Assembly: GCA_964398095.1 (NCBI GenBank) | Contig: CAYNMI010000001.1 | Location: forward strand, 1 to 34,775 | Direction of reading: 5' to 3' | From: an uncultured Desulfobacca sp. | GTDB taxonomy: Bacteria > Desulfobacterota > Desulfobaccia > Desulfobaccales > 0-14-0-80-60-11 | Length of the DNA: 34,775 bases | Shown here: positions 29,445 through 34,775 of the stretch, one piece after another | How positions within the stretch are numbered: position 1 is the stretch's first letter | How the letters are laid out: every line of letters begins with the position of its first letter | Translations under genes and position numbers: made by a program | Notes under the pieces: model-generated | What the model was told of the DNA's origin: nothing | Databases searched by the model: none | What the model saw: only the letters and a program-made list of their open reading frames with translations

Positions 29445-32400
29445 ATGCACCCTGGAGAAACGGGCAACATTGGCGCGGTGGTCGTCGTAGGGGGCGGTAT
29501 TGCCGGTATGCAGGCCTCGCTGGACCTGGCGAACTCAGGTTACTTTGTCTATCTGGTGGACCGGTCTCCCAGCATCGGCGGGACCATGGCGCAGATCGAC
29601 AAGACCTTTCCCACCAACGATTGCGCCATGTGAATTATCTCGCCCAAGCTGGTCGAGGTCGGCCGGCATATTAATATCGAAGTAATCACCTGCACCGAGT
29701 TGGAATCCTTAGAGGGTGAGGCCGGAAATTTTCGCGCCGTTCTAAAGAACCAGCCGCGCTACATTATGCCGGAAAGATGCACCGCCTGTGGAGACTGCCA
29801 GCGGGTCTGTCCCGCCAAAGCGGTGAATGAATTCAACCTGAGCCTGGACCGGCGGGAAGCCACGTATATCAAATACCCCCAGGCCGTCCCCCGGGCCTAC
29901 GCCATCGACCGGGATGCGTGTCTCGGTTGCGGCCTGTGCCAAAAGGTCTGTCTGGCCGAGGCGGTGAAATATGACGACCAGCCGCGCCTCCGGGACTTGG
30001 AGGTCGGCGCGGTGATCCTGGCGCCGGGTTTTGCGCCCTTTGATCCCTCCCATCTCACCTCCTACAACTATGGCAAGTCGCCCAATATCCTCACCAGCCT
30101 GGAATTTGAGCGCATCCTCAGTCCTTCCGGTCCCTATAAGGGCCATGTCATGCGCCCCTATGACCGGGAGGAACCCAAAAAGATCGCCTGGATCCACTGT
30201 GTCGGCATGCGGGGGGCCCGGGAGGGGCTGCACGCCTACTGTTCCAATTTTTGCTGCATGGCGGCCCTCAAGCAGGCCGTCATCGCCCGGGAGCACATCG
30301 GCCCCCATCTGGATATGGCCCTGTTCTACATGGATATGCGTACTCCCCGGAAGGATTTTGAAAAATACTGCGTCCGCCTCAAAGACCAGGGGGCCCGCTT
30401 AATCCGGTCCCGGGTGCATAGCGTCGACCCGCTGGGCGAGTCCGGGGATTTAAACATTCACTATATCACCGAGGCCGGGGAGATTCAGGATGAAATCTTC
30501 GACCTGGTGGTGCTGTCCATAGGCGGGGTGATCTCCCCCGGAACGATTGAACTGGCCGGCAAGTTGGGGGTCAATCTGAGCCCGAATCGGTTTATGGACA
30601 CCACCTGTTTTCAACCGGTGGCCACTTCCCGTCCGGGGGTATTTTCCTGCGGTTTCTTGAACGGGCCCAAGGATATCCCCCAGTCGGTGATGGAAGGCAG
30701 CGCCGCCGCGGGGGCGGCCGCCACGATGTTGGCCGCGGCCCGGGGCACCCTGGCCCAGGAGAAGGTGTTTCCGCCGGAGCAGGATGTGCTGCGTGCAGCG
30801 CCCCGGGTGGGGGTCTTTGTCTGCCATTGCGGTTTGAATATCGGCGGGATCGTCGATGTGCCCGCCATCATGGAAGCCGCCGAGGCCATTCCTCAGGTGG
30901 AATATGTGCAGGCCAATCTCTTCACCTGTTCCCAGGACGCCCAGAACCTGATGATGGAAAAGATCCTGGAGCATAAGCTGAACCGGGTGGTGGTGGCGTC
31001 CTGCAGCCCTTCCACCCACCAGGCGATCTTTCAGGATATGCTCAGAAATGCCGGCCTCAACAAGTATCTCTTCGAGATGGCCAATATTCGCAACCAGTGC
31101 AGTTGGGTCCACATGAAACAGCCGGAGGCGGCCACCGAAAAATGTAAGGACCTGGTCCGCATGGCGGTGGCCAAGGCCCGCCTGCTGGAGCCCCTGGATT
31201 ACATTTCCGTGCCGGTTAACAAAACCGCCCTGGTAGTCGGCGGGGGCGTTGCGGGGATGACCGCAGCCCTGGCCCTGGCCGATCAGGGTTTTGCCGTGCA
31301 CCTCGCCGAGAGAAAGGACCGGCTGGGGGGCAATGCCCTTAAATTGCACACCACCTGGCGGGGCGGCCTGGTGGCGCCCCGGGTGGCGGATTTAATCGCT
31401 AAAGTTGAAAATCACCCCCATATCACCATCCATTTCAACTCCACCGTAATGGACGTGTCCGGGGTGGTGGGCAACTTTAAAACCACCCTCTCCGGGGACC
31501 AGGTAATCGAACACGGCATCGTGATCTTAGCCATCGGCGCCGAGCCCTATCGGCCGATCGGCGAGTATCTCTACCAGGAAAATCCCAACGTCTTGCTCTC
31601 CCTGGATCTGGACGAGGAAATCGCCGCGGGGAGCGAGCGGCTGCAGCAAGTCCAGGCCGCGGCCTTCATCCAGTGCGTGGGCTCTCGGATTCCCGAAAGG
31701 CCATACTGCAGCAAGGTCTGTTGCAGCCATTCCGTGGAAAACGCCCTGAAGCTGAAAAAGCTGAACCCGGAGATGCAAGTCTACATCATTTTCCGGGATA
31801 TGCGCACCTACGGCGAACGGGAGATGCTCTACGAGGAGGCCCGGAACCAGGGAGTGATTTTTTTCCGCTATCACCAGGCCGACCCTCCCCGGGTGGAGGA
31901 GGCGGACGGCAGGCTCAAGATTACCGTTACGGACCTCACCCTCCAAAGACCGGTGGAGTTTTCGGTTGACCTCCTGTCCCTGGCCACCGCGATTATCCCC
32001 CACCGCAATGCTCCCCTGGCGGAGATCTACAAGATTCCCCTGAATGCGGAAGGTTTCTTCACCGAGGCCCACGCCAAGATCAGGCCCATCGACGCCTCCA
32101 CCGAAGGGATCTTCCTGGCCGGCCTCTGCCATTATCCCATACCCATCCAGGAATCGGTGGCCGAAGCCCTGGCCACCGCCGCCCGGGCCACCACCATCCT
32201 ATCCAAGGATTCCCTGCTGCTGGAATCGATTATCTCCCGGGTGATTGACGCCAACTGTGACGGCTGCGCCTTCTGTGTGGATGCCTGTACCTTTAAGGCC
32301 ATAACCCTCCTGGAGTATATGTCTGACGGGAAAATGAAAAAGACCGTGGAGGTCAACGAGGCCCTGTGCAAGGGTTGCGGCTCCTGTATGGCCACCTGCC

Positions 32401-32480
32401 CCAAAATGGGTATTGAAGTGGCGGGATTCACCCTGGACCAGTTGGGCGCCCAGGTGGAGGCGGCCTTGGGCCTGGCGTGA
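29445..32480 (+). CDS. hdrA: tandem HdrA-like selenoprotein, 1011 aa with Sec at residue 63 (TGA 29631-29633)
   Basis: Track ORFs 29445..29633 and 29700..32480 are in the same frame. Joined they read ...[23 protein letters not shown]... Also [26 protein letters not shown]...[23 protein letters not shown], a second half ([37 protein letters not shown]), and terminal [11 protein letters not shown] / [12 protein letters not shown]. Collinear with hdrL apart from hdrL's roughly 470-aa insertion. Confidence 0.85.
29648..29667 (+). other. SECIS-like hairpin 15 nt downstream of the hdrA UGA
   Basis: The 20-mer GCUGGUC-GAGGUC-GGCCGGC is identical to 22465-22484 and sits at the same offset from the UGA. 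Confidence 0.45.
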
Positions 32481-32620
32481 GCGCCGGGGCGAGGCTTGAC
32501 CGCGCGGCTGACCGCGCCTGCCGCAAGTTTTTGCCGTTATGGGGGAGGCTCTAAAGGCAAGTCACACCCAAATGGAATTTGGTTAACAACTGAACTATTT
32601 TTCTGGCTGAGATTTTTTTC

Positions 32621-32649
32621 TTGTCCATAGCCGCTATTTGCTATATAAG
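32621..32649 (+). promoter_or_regulatory. candidate sigma-70 promoter (TTGTCC - 17 nt - TATAAG) for the cbiM/nikM leader
   Basis: -35-like box at 32621-32626, -10-like box at 32644-32649, 17-nt spacer. Pattern match only. Confidence 0.3.
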
Positions 32650-32737
32650 AAAATTGATAGGGGCGCTGAAGCCCCAGGCGGGGCAGGGAGCCCCGGAACC
32701 CGTAATCACCTAATCACCGAATAATTAAATTACCGAG

Positions 32738-32790
32738 CCATGAAGGCTGACGGTCCTCCGGAGAGGACGCTGCCGTCATGGTTTTTTTTT
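32738..32790 (+). terminator. intrinsic terminator / attenuator in the leader upstream of cbiM/nikM
   Basis: Long imperfect hairpin at 32738-32781. The outer pairs are CCATGA/TCATGG, and the apical stem TCCTC-cgga-GAGGA is at 32754-32767. A run of nine T (32782-32790) follows immediately, 64 nt before the cbiM ATG. Confidence 0.6.
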
Positions 32791-32853
32791 GCGGTTTTTG
32801 GGGGAAAGCCTGCCTCCGGCGCTCAAAAATCAAAACATTTAGGAAGATAACCC

Positions 32854-33459
32854 ATGCATATTTCCGAAGGTGTGCTTTCCCCGGCGGTGTTGGCCGGGGG
32901 GGCCGCTTTGGCGGTGGTGGGCACCGCCATCGGCCTGAAAAAATTAGACTATGAGGCCATCCCCCGGGTGGCCATCCTGTCCGCGGCCTTCTTCGTGGCC
33001 TCCCTCATCCACGTGCCCATAGGTCCGGTGGCGGAGCACCTGGTGCTCAACGGCCTCATGGGGCTGCTGTTGGGTTGGCTGGCCGTACCCGCCATTCTCA
33101 TCGCCCTGTTCTTACAGGCCCTGCTCTTCCAATTCGGGGGCCTGACGGTGTTAGGGGTGAATACGGTCACCATGGCGGGGCCCGCGGTTATCTGTTTTTA
33201 TGCCTACCGCGGTTTCTTACGCCGCCCCGGGATGATCGCCGGAGTGGCTGCCTTTGCCTGTGGGGTGACGGGCATTTTGCTGAGCGGGCTGCTGGTGGCC
33301 GTGGCCCTCATAAGCACCGGGCAGGCTTTTCTCCAGGTGGCCGAACTGGTCCTGCTGGCCCATATCCCGGTGATGATCATCGAGGGCATCATTACCCTGT
33401 TTGTTTTCCTGTATCTCAAGAAGGTCCGCCCGGAAATGTTGGAGGGAATCTATGCTTAA
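32854..33459 (+). CDS. cbiM: ECF-type cobalt/nickel transporter substrate-capture component CbiM/NikM
   Basis: N-terminal MHISEGVLS (the family's conserved Met-His start). About 6-7 TM helices, with the typical blocks HVPIGP, LFQFGG and IEGIIT. Confidence 0.9.
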   Translation: MHISEGVLSPAVLAGGAALAVVGTAIGLKKLDYEAIPRVAILSAAFFVASLIHVPIGPVAEHLVLNGLMGLLLGWLAVPAILIALFLQALLFQFGGLTVLGVNTVTMAGPAVICFYAYRGFLRRPGMIAGVAAFACGVTGILLSGLLVAVALISTGQAFLQVAELVLLAHIPVMIIEGIITLFVFLYLKKVRPEMLEGIYA

Positions 33460-34108
33460 AAAATCTGCGCGCCGGCAACTATCCTGGCCGGCTCTCTTGT
33501 GCCAGGCGCTTTTGTCGATTCTGATCCTGGGCGCTTTTACGACCCCGGCCCTGGCCCACCGGGTCATCGTCTTCGCCTATGCCGAAGGCGGCACCATTTT
33601 CACGGAAAGCAAGTTTGTTCCCAACGACCCCGTCCGCCAGGGCAAGATCATGGTCATAGACCAGAAAACCGGCAAGCAACTCCTGACCGGCAAAACCGAT
33701 GACCACGGCAAATTCTCCTTTAAAATTCCCCCGGCTGCCATTGCCCAGAAGATGGACCTGGATATCGTGATGCAGGCGGCCATGGGCCACCGGGGTTCTT
33801 GGCTGCTCAAGGCCGCCAGTTATGTCCCCGGCGCGGCGCCGGCGAAAACCACCGCCCCGGCCCCGGCCCCGGCCTCGCCCACCGCTCCGGCAGCTCCGGG
33901 GATCAAAGCCGCCAATATCGACCAGCAAGCCTTGGAAGCAGCCCTGAATAAAGCCCTGGAACGCCAGTTGGGCCCCATTAAAGAGATGCTCACCGAATTG
34001 ACCATCCACCGGACGACGCCCACGGATATCATCGGCGGCATCGGCTATATCCTGGGGCTCTGCGGCCTGGCGGCTTATTTCCTGAGTAAAAGGAAGAATA
34101 ATCCTTGA
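33452..34108 (+). CDS. auxiliary membrane-anchored periplasmic component in the CbiN/NikN position (NikL/NikK-like, carboxypeptidase-regulatory-like beta-sandwich)
   Basis: Track ORF 33401..34108, trimmed to the ATG at 33452 (GGAGGG RBS; overlaps the cbiM stop). Signal/anchor sequence ending ALA-H. GKIMVIDQKTGKQLLTGKTDDHGKFSFKIP (CarboxypepD_reg-like). Pro/Ala-rich linker. C-terminal TM IIGGIGYILGLCGLAAYFL. About twice the size of a canonical CbiN. Confidence 0.6.
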   Translation: MLKKSARRQLSWPALLCQALLSILILGAFTTPALAHRVIVFAYAEGGTIFTESKFVPNDPVRQGKIMVIDQKTGKQLLTGKTDDHGKFSFKIPPAAIAQKMDLDIVMQAAMGHRGSWLLKAASYVPGAAPAKTTAPAPAPASPTAPAAPGIKAANIDQQALEAALNKALERQLGPIKEMLTELTIHRTTPTDIIGGIGYILGLCGLAAYFLSKRKNNP

Positions 34109-34775
34109 GCAGCATCGAAGAGCCTTTTGCCGAAGGGGCCTCCCTGGCGCACCGTCTGGACCCCCGGGGCAAGATCGTGGTGGCCAGCCTCTTTGCGGTC
34201 CTGATGGCCGTATCCAAGAGCTATGTCGCCACCCTGGCCGGGCTGGCCCTGGCTCTCATCTGGCTGGCCCTGGCGCGTCTGCCGGTGAAAAAAGTGGCCA
34301 TCCGCCTGGTGGTGGTGAACAGCTTCATTTTTTTCCTGTGGATCGTCTTGCCCCTGACTTATCCGGGAGACGCGGTGTACCATGTCGGTCCTCTGGCCGT
34401 CACCCGCCAGGGCCTGCTCTTCACCGGCTTGATCACCCTGAAATCCAACGCCATTATCATCGGTCTGATTGCCCTGGTGACCACCGTGCCCATCGTTACT
34501 TTGGGACAGGCCATGCATGATTTGCGGTTGCCCGACAAGCTGTGCCATTTGCTGCTGTTCACCTACCGCTACCTCTATGTCATTGAGCAGGAATACCGCC
34601 GCCTGGTGCAGGCCATGAAAATTCGGGGCTTTCAGCCGCGCACCAATCTCCACACCTATCGAAGCTACGCCAATCTGGCGGCGTTGCTGTTGGTGCGCAG
34701 CTTCGACCGGGCCGACCGGGTTTTCCAGGCCATGTTGTGCCGGGGCTTTCACGGGGTCTTTTACAGCCTGCGCTC
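34105..34775 (+). CDS. cbiQ: ECF transporter transmembrane (T) component CbiQ/NikQ, 3' end beyond the window
   Basis: Not in the track because it has no stop inside the window. My translation from the TTG at 34105 (TTGA overlap with the upstream stop) reads LSSIEEPFAEGASLAHRLDPRGKIVVASLFAVLMAV...LITLKSNAIIIGLIAL...EQEYRRLVQAMKIRGF...RADRVFQAMLCRGF, matching conserved CbiQ features. The start codon is uncertain. Confidence 0.8.
   Translation, partial: MSSIEEPFAEGASLAHRLDPRGKIVVASLFAVLMAVSKSYVATLAGLALALIWLALARLPVKKVAIRLVVVNSFIFFLWIVLPLTYPGDAVYHVGPLAVTRQGLLFTGLITLKSNAIIIGLIALVTTVPIVTLGQAMHDLRLPDKLCHLLLFTYRYLYVIEQEYRRLVQAMKIRGFQPRTNLHTYRSYANLAALLLVRSFDRADRVFQAMLCRGFHGVFYSLR

Noticed and set aside
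32604-32619. Sigma-54-like TGGCTGAGATTTTTTT upstream of cbiM
   Set aside because: It has the TGG, but positions 14-15 are TT instead of the near-invariant GC of the -12 box.
32650-32790. Cobalamin riboswitch upstream of cbiM
   Set aside because: It was expected from the gene context, but I could not find the conserved B12-box-type core by eye. I report it only as an unclassified leader; an Infernal scan would settle the matter.
1-34775. Mobile elements, defence systems, CRISPR arrays, tRNA/rRNA genes
   Set aside because: I looked for transposase, integrase or recombinase motifs, long terminal inverted repeats, regularly spaced repeats and tRNA-like T-arm sequences, and recognised none. The only repeats are short REP-like hairpins and the paralogous gene modules.

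Overview
GC-rich chromosomal window from an anaerobe. The gene content (HdrA/MvhD-type modules, selenocysteine recoding, sigma-54 control, Mo/W and Ni/Co uptake) suggests a sulfate-reducing or syntrophic Desulfobacterota-like bacterium; this is inference only. Left to right: (1) a minus-strand modB-modA-modC Mo/W ABC importer and an FmdE::molybdopterin-binding fusion. (2) A CMD-family protein, a TPR lipoprotein plus monoheme cytochrome c, and an ABC-2 exporter pair. (3) A minus-strand operon of NuoE-like, NuoF-like, 2Fe2S/4Fe4S ferredoxin, an HdrA-like::MvhD fusion and a 79-aa Cys protein, behind a sigma-54 promoter. Upstream of it on the same strand lie its PAS-AAA+ activator, a PAS histidine kinase and NifX-like/DUF5320-like genes. 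(4) A plus-strand paralogous module: sigma-54 promoter, paralogous activator, sigma-54 promoter, then a giant HdrL-like protein (1491 aa), a 54-aa MvhD-like fragment, an FrhB-like protein, a 76-aa paralog of the small Cys protein, MvhD and a tandem HdrA (1011 aa). (5) A cbiM/nikM-type ECF Ni/Co importer behind a structured leader that ends in an intrinsic terminator. The ORF track splits three genes (hdrL, mvhD, hdrA) at in-frame TGA codons. I read these as selenocysteine: each sits at a conserved Cys position and is followed by a hairpin 15-16 nt downstream. Many long ORFs in the track are antisense shadows of real genes. I recognised no rRNA, tRNA, CRISPR array, transposase or integrase. The most interesting signal is the duplicated, sigma-54-controlled HdrA/MvhD supercluster. 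It has NAD(P)H entry modules but no recognisable HdrB/HdrC or other terminal catalytic subunit. It also carries an uncharacterised small Cys/His protein at equivalent positions in both operons, and a Cys-x8-Cys-x3-Cys-Pro PAS domain shared by all three signalling proteins.
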